In this document: positions 48,401 to 58,900 of the stretch, piece after piece
How the letters are laid out: every line of letters starts with the position of its first letter
Numbering within the stretch: the first letter of the stretch is position 1
Assembly: GCA_964603935.1 (NCBI GenBank)
Contig: CAZRWL010000001.1
Span: 2,306-66,305, forward strand
Direction of reading: 5' to 3'
Source: an uncultured Gammaproteobacteria bacterium
GTDB lineage: Bacteria > Patescibacteriota > Microgenomatia > Levybacterales > UBA12049
DNA: 64,000 nucleotides
Notes under the pieces: generated by a model
The model's database searches: none
Told to the model about the DNA's origin: nothing
The model's input: the letters and a program-made list of their open reading frames with translations, nothing else
Translations under genes and position numbers: made by a program

Positions 48401-51400
48401 GCTGTTTTGAAACGGATTGCCGTTATCGCCCTGAAGCAGATCGGCCTGCGCTCCGCCTTCAATCCAATCATCGCCTTCATTGCCAAACACCGTATCGGCA
48501 GCATCCCCTGCCAAAATAAAATCATTCCCCTCTCCGCCAAAAATCTCTTTGGGATCTCTTCCTCCGACAACAAAGTCATGGCCTGATCCTCCCAGGATAA
48601 GATCAATACCCGAACCCGCATTAATCACATCATTGCCCTCTCCGCCCTTGATATTGTCGTCGCCAAAGATGTCGGTCAAAATATCATCCCCTGTTCCTCC
48701 GATTATAAAATCATTGCCCTCTCCGCCTTCCAGACGGTCGTTTCCGCCATCTCCCCACAGTGTATCGTCTCCTTCGCTTGAGCGCATTTTGTCATTACCT
48801 TCGGTTCCTCCCATAACAATGTGCTCAATACCTGTATAGCGGATAGTGCCGTCAGGCATGATAATTGTGTCTGAGGGAAGCGTTGACGGATCCAGGGGAT
48901 CTATGTCAGCCGCTTCAATATTAAAAGCCGGATGGGAGAAAATGTCATGCGGCGGATGCTTTATTCCGGAAGTATTACGCATCGCAAGTTCCGCAAACGA
49001 GTTTTGCTCAAGCTGAGTAAGAAAATTTAATCCTGCGTTGCGGGACAAATAGTAAAGCCTGTCGCCGTCCTGCAGTTTTTCCATCTGCGTTTCAAAAACA
49101 AAGTTAAAAGTAGAACCCAGAAGTCCGCCGAACGGCATTTGTTTTTCCGCAAGACCGCCTATCCAAAAATCAACATCATTAACACCGGTAATAATCCCCT
49201 TATCCGTGCTTGCCCATGCGCCCGTACTATTTAAGAAATCAAGACGATCCTCCGGCGCTCCCTCACCGCCAAGCACCAATAGTGTTGCTGCTGCGCGTTT
49301 GTCCGCAAGAGTTACGGCGTCCGTAATGGCCGTGTGCGTGCCATACGCGGCAATAAAATTAATTAAAGACTCCGGATGTCTAATGCCAAGTTTAAATTCT
49401 ACCCAGCTGCCATAGGGTTTTAAAGCAGGGTCGCCTGCAGTTGCCAAAAAGAATTGAGCGCGGGCCGAATTAAGAGACGGAATACCCGTATCACGGCCCC
49501 TTGCTAAATTTATCGTGGCAAGGTCCAAGGGTAATCCCAATAGATTATTGCGCAGTGACTCTGTTACAAATTCGTCAATTTCGCTGCCAACCTGTCCAAT
49601 CATACCAGCTGCAATAGCTCCGGCCGCCGCATCCGGAGTTGTTCCGCTTTCTAAAAATTCCAGAGGATTTAAGAAAGCCTGAATCAAACCGATATCATTA
49701 CTTGTGCCATCCGGATTAGTGCGGGCGATTGTATCGGTCAGCATGGTGTGGCCAAAGCGGTAAACCGTATGAGCGAACTCGGCTGCAATTGCAGGATCAA
49801 TATCCGTATGATAACCGCTGAATACATTAACCTGCGGCTGAATTTTGCGCGCGAATTCCTCGAATACCAAATGCTGATATTGCATTTCCGTGCCGAATTT
49901 AGCTGCTTGAAACAAACGCTCGCCATTCCAGGAAAGACCGTTAATTGCCTCTTGAGTTATTGGGAAAACTGCAGGCACGGTACCGGGCATAAGCCATTGA
50001 GTTAAGAATTCCAGATCGCCCGTATCCAAAATTACATTCTTAGTATATTCAACCAGACGATTATGTTCGGAATGAAAAATATGATGAACAGAGGTAAGGC
50101 CGATATTTTCATTAACCCTGCCGTCTCCTGCTATAAAATGAGCGTCTAAAAGTTCGTTATCATAGGTACCAGGTTCGGATAATCCGATAACGCTATCCGA
50201 ATCGGGTTTAAGCGGTACGCCTCTGGTATTTACAGGATTGGCGTCATGAGCAATATCAGCCAGGAAAGGATGTCCGCTTCGTATTGCGCCTGTAGCATCA
50301 ACCGGAGATAAGGGATTCCCTTCTACTAAAATTGGGGAATCTGCGGGGCTTAATCCGGGCATCACCAACTGAGGAAAACCGCTTACGCCTTTTAAGAAAT
50401 TTCCGTATGCGTCAACAGCCAAAAGGGGCAGGTCAAGAACATCAAGATCATCGAGTAAAATACCCAGCATGTTTTTCGCCTGAGCTTTAACCTCTGCCCA
50501 GGTAGCCATTCCTCCTCCAAGATTGCGGCTTTCAATCAGCCGTCCCGTCGCAACCGGAGCATTTACTCCATCGGATACTAAAATGTCAAATGTAAATGCG
50601 CCTGCTATTGTAGGTGTCCAGGAAAAAACTCCGCTTACGGGATCTATAGTTGCGCCTTCCGGAGCGTCATTTCCCAGTGAAAATGTCAAAATGTCGCTAT
50701 CAGCATCCGTGGCGGCAACAGTGAAGGAAACAGGCGTGCCAAGCGTGATAGACAGATTTGGAATTGGCGCGATTACAGGAGGAGTGTTTGCCGGAGAAGG
50801 CAAGGGGGCGGGTTCAGGGATTGGCAAAGGCGTTGGTAAAGGTTCGGGCGCGGGTATTGCATTAACTGTTACAGCAGTTGATCCTGTTACTTCTGCGCTA
50901 ACGGCGGTAATTATCGTTACACCTTCGGAAAGAGCAGTAAATGAACCTGTTGAGGAGTTTATTAATCCCACCGCAATATTAGAACTTGTCCACGTAACTG
51001 CTGCTGCAATCGGATTGCCGAATTGATCAAGAGCAGCTGCGCTAAACGCCTGAACTGCTCCAACATTAATCGCAGGAGCTGCAGGACTAACGTTAATTAC
51101 AGCTAAAACAGGTTGAACTGTAACTGTTGTTGATCCGCTAACTGCTCCGCTAGTGGCGGTAATTGTAGTTATGCCGCCTTTAAGAGGAGTGAATACTCCG
51201 GTTGCGGAATCAATTGTTCCAACCAGAGGATCAGAGCTTGTCCACGATACTGCTGCTGCAATCGGATTGCCGAATTGATCAAGAGTAGCTGCGCTAAATG
51301 CCTGAACTGCTCCCACATTGATTATTGGCAAAACAGGAACTACATTAATTGTGTTTAAGACTGGGGCTTCCGCTGCCACATTGATTGTTCTTATTACCTG

Positions 51401-52933
51401 TGTTGCGGTATTTCCCGCGGCATCAGATACATTGTAAGTAATAGTGAATGTTCCGACTGCCGATGTATTAATAGGCAAGCCTGTGGTTATAATACTAGCT
51501 GTAATATCTCCGTCAACATTGTCTATGGCTGTTGCGCCGGCATCAACATAAACAGTGTTTCGTATGACTTCTACCGGGCTTGTTCCATTAAGTGTAATAA
51601 CCGGAGCAATTGTATCAGCGGGAGGAACAGGCGCCGGAGGCAAGGGAGCAACTATCACATTGACTGTTCTGATAACCGGGATCGCTGCATTTCCTGCCGA
51701 ATCTATAGCAGTATATGTAACTGTGTATTCTCCTATAACTGCCGTATTAACAGTACTGACGGAATTAACTTCAACAGCCGTATCAACATTGTCTGCAGCA
51801 GTTGCGCCCGCGTCAATATAAACAGTGTTTTGTACTATTTCTACAGGATTTTCTCCGTTGAGCGTAATAACCGGAGCAGTTACGTCAGCAGGAGGGGGAG
51901 GAGGTTCAGGAGGCAAAGGGACAGCAATTACATTAACAGTCCTTATAACAGGAGCAGCGCTGTTGCCCGCAGTATCAGCTGCTGTATAGACAACAGTGTA
52001 GGCGCCGATTACGCTTGTATTTACAGAATTTACTACATTAACCGTAACTTCCGGATCAACGTTATCAGCAGCGGTTGCGCCGGCATCAGTATAAGTTTCC
52101 CCAACAAACACGCTGACAGGATTGTCGCCAAGCATAGTAATAATAGGAGCAACGGTGTCGGTGGGCGCGGGCGGTGTAGATGGCGTATCATCAACAGGCG
52201 GAGTCGGTGTGGGAGGAGTAGGTTCAGATGCTGAAACAAAAAGAGAAGATTCTATTCTGGTCTGCGCAGCTGAAGTTTGTCCGTCTTCAAATATTAATAA
52301 TGTTTTCCCGGCATTACAATCCGCGATACAATGATCAAATATTTGCACTACAAGATAAGCATTGTTGAATTCAAATTGGCTCTGCGAGGCAGCAAAACTA
52401 AGCTGTTCATCATTATTGTTCCACCAGTCCGGTCCTTCAATGTCAAATAGGAAAACAGCATCTGTCAAACTCGTATTGCTTGGGCTTGAGTAAACGTTAA
52501 TATGGGGCTTTGAAAATTCTCCTCCTGTATTGTCATCTTTATGGATTACGAATTTCCAGCTGCCTGCTTGAAAACTGCCATTAAGAGGCGTCTCGCTTAT
52601 CCACGAAGCGGAATCAACCGGCGGAGCGTGAGACGGCTCTGTTGATGGAAAAATGTGCTGGTGATTAACTTTTCCAGGATGAAAATGCCGAAAAGAAGGA
52701 GTGTTAGTGCTGTTGATGGATGAGACTTGAGAATTACCCAACGTTGGAGCGGTAGTACTCAAAACATGACTATTGGTAAGCGCAGCTGTTTGATTATGGA
52801 AATAAAATATTTTGCTTTCGCCGCCCGATGGCGCAGGGGGTACAGCTTGAGCAAAAGCCAAAAAACTATTTGAAAAAGTTATAGTTAAGGCTAAGAAAAC
52901 TGATAAAATTTTTGATAAAATAGTTTTATTCAC
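45482..52933 (-). CDS. Giant surface protein: signal peptide, Ig repeats, circularly permuted animal-type haem peroxidase with RTX repeats, SdrD-B, C-terminal TM
   Basis: 3 DUF5011-like and 2 Big_2 repeats; GDGRVNEN (aa ~939), YRFGH (His1062), GGxGxD repeats, GQFFDHGLD (His1988); TM plus basic tail. Confidence 0.9.
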   Translation of the reverse strand: MNKTILSKILSVFLALTITFSNSFLAFAQAVPPAPSGGESKIFYFHNQTAALTNSHVLSTTAPTLGNSQVSSINSTNTPSFRHFHPGKVNHQHIFPSTEPSHAPPVDSASWISETPLNGSFQAGSWKFVIHKDDNTGGEFSKPHINVYSSPSNTSLTDAVFLFDIEGPDWWNNNDEQLSFAASQSQFEFNNAYLVVQIFDHCIADCNAGKTLLIFEDGQTSAAQTRIESSLFVSASEPTPPTPTPPVDDTPSTPPAPTDTVAPIITMLGDNPVSVFVGETYTDAGATAADNVDPEVTVNVVNSVNTSVIGAYTVVYTAADTAGNSAAPVIRTVNVIAVPLPPEPPPPPADVTAPVITLNGENPVEIVQNTVYIDAGATAADNVDTAVEVNSVSTVNTAVIGEYTVTYTAIDSAGNAAIPVIRTVNVIVAPLPPAPVPPADTIAPVITLNGTSPVEVIRNTVYVDAGATAIDNVDGDITASIITTGLPINTSAVGTFTITYNVSDAAGNTATQVIRTINVAAEAPVLNTINVVPVLPIINVGAVQAFSAATLDQFGNPIAAAVSWTSSDPLVGTIDSATGVFTPLKGGITTITATSGAVSGSTTVTVQPVLAVINVSPAAPAINVGAVQAFSAAALDQFGNPIAAAVTWTSSNIAVGLINSSTGSFTALSEGVTIITAVSAEVTGSTAVTVNAIPAPEPLPTPLPIPEPAPLPSPANTPPVIAPIPNLSITLGTPVSFTVAATDADSDILTFSLGNDAPEGATIDPVSGVFSWTPTIAGAFTFDILVSDGVNAPVATGRLIESRNLGGGMATWAEVKAQAKNMLGILLDDLDVLDLPLLAVDAYGNFLKGVSGFPQLVMPGLSPADSPILVEGNPLSPVDATGAIRSGHPFLADIAHDANPVNTRGVPLKPDSDSVIGLSEPGTYDNELLDAHFIAGDGRVNENIGLTSVHHIFHSEHNRLVEYTKNVILDTGDLEFLTQWLMPGTVPAVFPITQEAINGLSWNGERLFQAAKFGTEMQYQHLVFEEFARKIQPQVNVFSGYHTDIDPAIAAEFAHTVYRFGHTMLTDTIARTNPDGTSNDIGLIQAFLNPLEFLESGTTPDAAAGAIAAGMIGQVGSEIDEFVTESLRNNLLGLPLDLATINLARGRDTGIPSLNSARAQFFLATAGDPALKPYGSWVEFKLGIRHPESLINFIAAYGTHTAITDAVTLADKRAAATLLVLGGEGAPEDRLDFLNSTGAWASTDKGIITGVNDVDFWIGGLAEKQMPFGGLLGSTFNFVFETQMEKLQDGDRLYYLSRNAGLNFLTQLEQNSFAELAMRNTSGIKHPPHDIFSHPAFNIEAADIDPLDPSTLPSDTIIMPDGTIRYTGIEHIVMGGTEGNDKMRSSEGDDTLWGDGGNDRLEGGEGNDFIIGGTGDDILTDIFGDDNIKGGEGNDVINAGSGIDLILGGSGHDFVVGGRDPKEIFGGEGNDFILAGDAADTVFGNEGDDWIEGGAQADLLQGDNGNPFQNSSTIGNDVIIGGGGDDDYDSESGDDIMLSDPGIERNEGMQGFDWVTYKNDPQPANADMFFKGLMLPEVDTLRDRFDSVEGLSGGQFNDILRGDNLGSIELSKIDGNSGQNNSLNNAGQIALIDGLQSLLGDDITSFSGGNIILGGGGNDIIEGRGGNDLIDGDAWLNARLSVRDSNDPGIEILTADSMTELQEAIFEGKINPGQIRIIREILVSGTAENDIDTAVFSGNFADYTISLPDAQGRITVTDNRADNGGKENNGIDTIRNIEKLQFADQTIDLEHGLNKVESPKLKGILAISAGSSFLGGSGLTLIRSDLQFILDQIRIAEAHAAGTPLLNLIPKDTLPWGLRTIDGSWNNIVPGQSSFGAADRIFPRLTTPIFREGEIVSIDLDGPGPLKVGDLTSYAQTNGFVFDSKPRLISNLIVDQTPSNPAAVAAAGELTLPDPFAGTLFIPNVAPDMGLSASFNSWFILFGQFFDHGLDLVNKGKSGTVFVPLMPDDPLFNPLSHSNFMVLTRATNLPGPDGIMGTSDDIREHINQTSPFVDQNQTYTSHPSHQVFLRAYSFGPAKRISPIAAAITVTAPLDVVVPDEDKKGAISGIVFQDANINRVKDVNELALSGWTIFLDANDNSILDTGEFSTVTDAFGNYQFSDLIPGSYNVREILQSNWELSTPRGGNGKHAVTISGGDQIEGLSFGNAVFKSIDGQGKFAPLNGETITSKVISLGTSVVNVTVNGGTSFVTVPDGTEITKIDGSNLDIAALTAIEPTSDSITGVGEGIVVNGKLQWGIPNHGLSFSNPITLNIFVGTALNGQTLSVLRSRTGTDNWTNDGILPPHKCVVADGTCTFQATKASYYIATTQTVAPVVVTAAPTPTPTLSSASSNTTSTVTANGEGNSNTISDLADDNLITQLDQIGQNEKEVLGATQEKETPQGKTQTAKGFPAKNIMLILIVLMITSVLVLNRELFYRKLHKLNF

Positions 52934-52953
52934 TTAATTATTGGATAAAAAAA

Positions 52954-55900
52954 TTACTTAAGCTTTCTATAAGAAAGCCTGTAATAGCTAAGACCCAAAA
53001 CTGTCAGCACCAATAACATTTGTACCGGCCAATTTTTCAGAATGCCCAGAATAAATTTTTCCACATCTTTTGGTGAAGGCAAACTCAAAACTCCAGATTC
53101 CTGTACTTGGGTTCCCTGTTTGTCTTCTTCGGATTGAGTAGTACCCAAAACTGTTTGGTTAAATTCCGAAGTAGATGCTGAACCAGGAACAACAGAGAGT
53201 TCATTGGAGAAATCTCCGGGCATGCAGTTATTAATCGCTTGAATTCTGAAGTAATATGGGGTGCCTGAAGACAAATCGCTTACGGTATAAGATGTGGCAT
53301 TTTTATCTCCGATATTTGTATTGCCGAACTGCATGGAGCCGGAAGAAAGTCCATACACTAACAAGTAGTGAGTTACGGGATCGTTTGCTTTGGCCCAAGT
53401 CAGGGTAACTTCATCGGATGCATTTGTAGTAACTGCGGAAAGCAGAATTGGCAGGCTTGCCGGTTTAGCATCCGAGCAGGCGGATGAAGAACTAACTGAC
53501 GTGAAGGAGGCGTTATTAGATGATTGGGATGATGCAGTAACAACAGGCGCAGAAGTTGGAGTTGCGGCCGGAACTGGCGCAGCATGGGATACGGCATAGA
53601 AAGATGCTTTTGTAGTCTGGAAAGAGCAGATTCCTGATGCGATTACACAGGTGGCAGGAGCCGCAATTCCGTCATTTGTCCATCCTGAAACTCCGGAAAC
53701 CGAACGCTGTATATCTAATGTTTGTCCATCAAGCGAAGTTCCAACGAAAATATTTAAAGTGATTGCGGGATTAAATGACAGACTTATGTTAGGAATACCC
53801 CACTGTAATACTCCATCAACAACCGCATTCTCAAGTCCCAAAATAGAACTTGCGGCAGGAATAGATGAGGCAAGAAGCGACATGTCAAAAGGTGTGCCGT
53901 CAACTCTGGTAATTATCGTACCGTCGGGAATGATTATTGCGCTTGTTCCGCCATTTCCCTCAACCGTAATAGTTGATTCTCCGCGGGATACAACCGAGGT
54001 AGTTCCTCCCGAAGCTCCGCCTGTTGAGACAAATCTGCCCTGATTTCCGATATTGAATATCTGCGCGTTACCAAAGTCGTTGTTGATGGATGCGGAGTTA
54101 TTGGCAATTGCTATAGCATGTTTGCTGCCTGAAGGAGAGGTCTGTTCCCAATTGCTCTGTACGAGTTCCCGTATATCGTACGTTCCGTCCGTAAAATCTG
54201 CGAATTGATACTCGCCATTTGCGTCTGTTATAACCGAAATCTCACCGCTGTCCAAAATTCCGTTGTTGTTGGTATCTGAAAACACTATCCATCCGGAAAT
54301 TCCTGTTTCGCCCATGTCTTTAATTCCATTGGCGTTAAGATCATCGAAAACAGTACCTGTTACGGATTGTCTTAATGAATTGGTAAGCGTGCAGATTATA
54401 TTTTCTCCGGCATCAAGATCAACTGTTGCCATGCGAGCCCCTGCATCAACAGTTGTTCCGTTGTCGGAATCTATGCAGCTGATATTTAGAATCCAATTTG
54501 ACGCGGAATCTTCCCTTAGTTCATACGAACCCTGCGCAATATCTGAAAATACTCTGACATTAGATAATTCATTTAGGCTGTTTCCGTCATCATCCAAAGA
54601 GAATCTTTCATCAAAACTGCCGTTCTCTGTTATTCTTAGTCTGAATCCAAAATCCTGCGCGCCGTTAGGTATTGTGTTTTCGATAATGGTAATCGTACCG
54701 GTTGCAGGAACAGGAATTGCAGTTACGTTAACTGTTCTGGTTACGGGGGTTGCCGCATTACCTGCGCTATCCGATACATTGTAAGTAACTGTAAAAGTGC
54801 CGGGAACAATAGTTGAAATTGGCAGTCCTGTTGTAGCAATAGCCAGAGTCAAGTCTCCGTCAATATTATCCAAAGCTGTAGCGCCGGCATCGGTATAGAC
54901 AGTGCCGATTAAGATGTTAACCGAGTTTGCTCCAAGAAGAGTAATCACAGGAGCTGTAACATCAGCAACAGGAGCTGCCGCAACTACATTCACTGTTCTT
55001 GTTACCGCAGTCGCAGCATTTCCCGCAGCATCAGACACATTGTAGACAACAGTAAATATTCCAACTGCTGATGTGTCAATTGGCAAACCTGTGGTTACAA
55101 TACCGGCTGTAATATCTCCATCAACATTGTCCAAAGCTGTAGCGCCGGCATCGGTATAGACAGTGCCGATTAAGATGTTAACAGAATTTGCGCCTGTGAT
55201 GGTAATGACCGGAGCCACAGTGTCAGCAACCACATTGACTGTTCTGGTTACTTGAGTTGCAGCATTTCCGGCTGCGTCTGAAACATTGTAGGTAACAGTG
55301 TAAGTACCAATTACTGCCGTATTAACAGGATTAACGGTAACAATATTGGCTGTGATATTTCCATCGACATTGTCCAAAGCGGTAGCTCCGGCATCAATGT
55401 AGGGAATACCTGCAACTACATTTACAGAGTTTGCGCCAAGAAGGGTAATAACCGGAGCTGTGGTATCAATGCCGGTTACGTTCACGGTTCTAGTCGCGGT
55501 AGCTGTATTGCCTGATCTATCGGTTGCAGAATACGTCACGGTCTTCGCGCCTACTATAGATGTGTCAACAGGCAGTCCTGTAGTTGTAACCGTTACTATT
55601 CCGTCGAAATCATCGGTTGCGGTTGCGCCGGCATCAACATAAACCGAATTCTGCGCAACTTCAACAGGATTTACGCCATTTAGTGTAATAACAGGTGCTT
55701 GTGTATCCGCCAATCTTCCGCTGACTGCGAAAAGGTCGGTTGTGAAATTCGACAACCCGGGACCTGTAACAGAGAATGAGTTTTGTCCGATAGGGCTTCC
55801 TATTACCGTATGTTCAATGCCCGGATTTCCAACATATCTTCTGCCGGGATTGGCAGCGTTAACTAGTAATGGATCTGTAAGACTGGAGTTTGCGCTAAAT

Positions 55901-58900
55901 GTATCCCATGTTAAGTATGGTCCAACTTGTCCGTTAAGCGCTGTGGAAAAGTTGGGTGTAGCTATTTGATCGCAGGTAACTCCTCCTCCCGCAAAGCATC
56001 CTATGTCATCGGTAACATTAATTACTCCGACCTCATCTGCAACTTCATCCACGTTTCCATATGGATGATGAATGGTATAGGTTTCGCCGGGTACTAACCC
56101 TGTAAGTCTGTATCTTAACCTGTTTTGTACGGATTGTTCTCCGTCAACAGCATCTTCTCCTGCAAACGCCGCCTCAACTGCCAGGACAATAAGCGCTGTT
56201 TGAGTTCCATTGTCTATTGCCGCTTCGGCAGACCACCAGAATCCTTCGGCTCCAAAGCCGATTTGCTCTGAAAAAGGATTTTCAGGATCAACAGGATCGG
56301 AGATACCGAATCCGTCAGTTGCTTCCATTAAATCCAATGCCAGACCATTGGAATCTTTATACCAGATCGGGAAACCTGCTATAAGACCGCCTGCAGGCGC
56401 AACCGGACCGACTTCGACCAGGCCTCCCGGAAGAGTATCTGCTACATTTACTGTTCTAGTCTTGACAGCAGTATTTCCCGCAGCATCGGCTACAGTATAA
56501 GTAACAGTGTTTGCTCCAACAATTGTGGTGTTAATCGGCAAACCGGTTGTGACAATACTGGCCGTAATATCTCCGTCAACATTGTCTATGGCAGTTGCTC
56601 CTGCGTCATTATAAGCTGCTCCAACGAATACGTTAACCGGATCTGCTCCAAGCAAAGTGATTACAGGCGCTGTAATATCTGATGTCACATTAACAGTTCT
56701 GGTTGCAGGTGCCGCAGGGTTTCCCGCGCTATCTGACACATTGTAAGTTACCGTGAATGTTCCGATTGCCGAAGTATCAATTGGAAGTCCTGCGGTTACA
56801 ATACTTCCTGTAATATTTCCGTCAACATCATCCAAAGCTGTTGCCCCTGCATCGATGTAGGGAGTTCCAACAACTACACTTACCGTATTTATTCCAAGCA
56901 GAGTGATTATGGGAGCTGTAGTATCAACTGCGCCGCCGGCTACAACTATATTAACAGTTCTAGTTACAGCAGCTGTATGTCCGGTGCTGTCAGTTACAGT
57001 ATACGTAACTGTTTTTGCTCCCAAAGTTGCAGTATCAACAGGCAGCCCTGTAACAACAATGCTTCCGGTTAAGTTTCCGTCAAGATCGTCAAGCGCTGTT
57101 GCTCCGGCGTCAATGTAAGTTGTGTTTTGAAGAACGTTTACGGAGCTATTTCCGAACAAAGTGATTACGGGCGCTCCTGCATCCGCCAGTCTTCCTGAGA
57201 CTGCAAAGAGTTCTGTTTCTATTGAATCAATTCCTTCTCCTCCGACATTGGGACCTTCAACGCGGAAGATATTATTGTTGGTTGGGCTTCCGGTTACCTC
57301 ATGCTCTATAGCTGGATTTCCAACGTATCTTCTGCTTGGATTTGCAGCATTAGTAAGCTGAGGATCAGTAAGATTAGGATCTGCATTGAAAGTCGTCCAG
57401 GTTAAGAATGGTCCGACCTGGCCGTTAAGTGGTGTAGAAAAGTTAGGAGCAGCTGCTTGATTGCATGTAACTCCTCCTCCCGCAAAGCATCCTATGTCAT
57501 CGGTAACATTGATTACTCCGACCTCATCTGCAACTTCATCTACGCTGCCGAAAGGATGAGTGATGGTGTAAGTTTCGCCCGGCACTAACCCGTCAATTCT
57601 GTATCTGACTCTGTTTTGCACCGATTGTTCTCCGTCAACTGCCTCTTCTCCGGCAAACGCTGCTTCAAGAGCCAGCACCAGTATGGTGCGCGTGCCTATC
57701 GGGCGGTCTATTCCCGCTTCCGCAGACCACCAGAATCCTTCAGCGTTGAAACCTACTGTCTGGGAGAAAGGATTGGCAGGATCAACAGGATCGGAGATAC
57801 CGAATCCGTCAGCCGCTTCCATTAAATCCAATGCCAGACCATTGGAATCTTTATACCAGATCGGGAAACCTGCTATAAGACCGCCTGCAGGCGCAATTGG
57901 ACCGACTTCTACGAGTCTGTCAGTTGGCGCGGGTATTACATTCGCTGTTCCTTTTGTGGGAGCAGTGAAAATTGCCCATTCGGAAACTCCGTCTGTTTTT
58001 CTGCCGACTGACTCGCCAACTAAAGGATAATGGTCAATGGCAAAACCCGGAGAAGTCAGAGATACGGTAACAGTATCTACAGTTGATCCCAATTCATTGG
58101 ACAAGCTGATTGTCTCGGGAGCAACATTGCTTAACCAGCCTGCCGGCGCTTCAAAAACAACTCTTCCTGCAGCCGCAACAGTCCCCAACGCAGACAAATT
58201 TTGCGGATTATTAGCGGAATTATTGATCATCCAGCCTGTTCCATTGGCTAAATCTACAGGAGAAGTGCTGTTGTTAAAAAGCTCAACCCATTCTGCTCCT
58301 GACGCAGGATTTGGCATAATTTCATTAATCAAAACTCTTTGAATAGTATCCGGAGCGGGCGCTGTAACTACGAAAACTGTAAAGTGGTTCAAACCTTTAA
58401 TAGTAATAGTGTCCGGAGATTTTTCTTCTTTTGGCTCTTCAACTTTTTGCGCGCTATTTAATTGATCAATATTTTCCGCTGATTTTATTTCGACATTTTC
58501 GGACTGTACATTTTCCGGCAGAGGCAAAGTCAAATCATATGCGAAAGTCCCATCCGTCATTGTTGAGGTAATATCATAAGCAGTATCGGACAAAGCTTTG
58601 GTTTGCTCTTTCTGTTCTTGAGTTAATTTAATTTCTTTAATTGTTAATTTGCCTGAGGAATCCGGCAATTTTGTAAACGCGATTTTTACCTTATCGTTTT
58701 GAGGAGCAGCATACTCTTTGTTTAATTCAACATTTTCCGTTGTTCCCCAACTATTAGCGTCCAAAACACTCCACAATGGGTTTGCCGAAGACTCGGCGGT
58801 TTGAGAAGGAGTCAAATCGATAGCTGCATCCGGGGAAACATTTTCGGATGGAATTTCTTCTGTTTCTGTTCCAAGAATTTCTTGAGGAGTCGCTGTTGGT

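Noticed and set aside
47575-48830. Insert between the peroxidase halves as a possible intein
   Set aside because: Consists of GGxGxD calcium-binding repeats; no Cys/Ser start, His-Asn end or Hint motifs.
50990-55182. Near-identical 50-70 nt repeats (e.g. 54869-54921 = 55130-55182) as a possible CRISPR or DGR
   Set aside because: They lie in frame within tandem Ig-domain repeats; no spacer pattern, cas genes, reverse transcriptase or adenine-specific variation.
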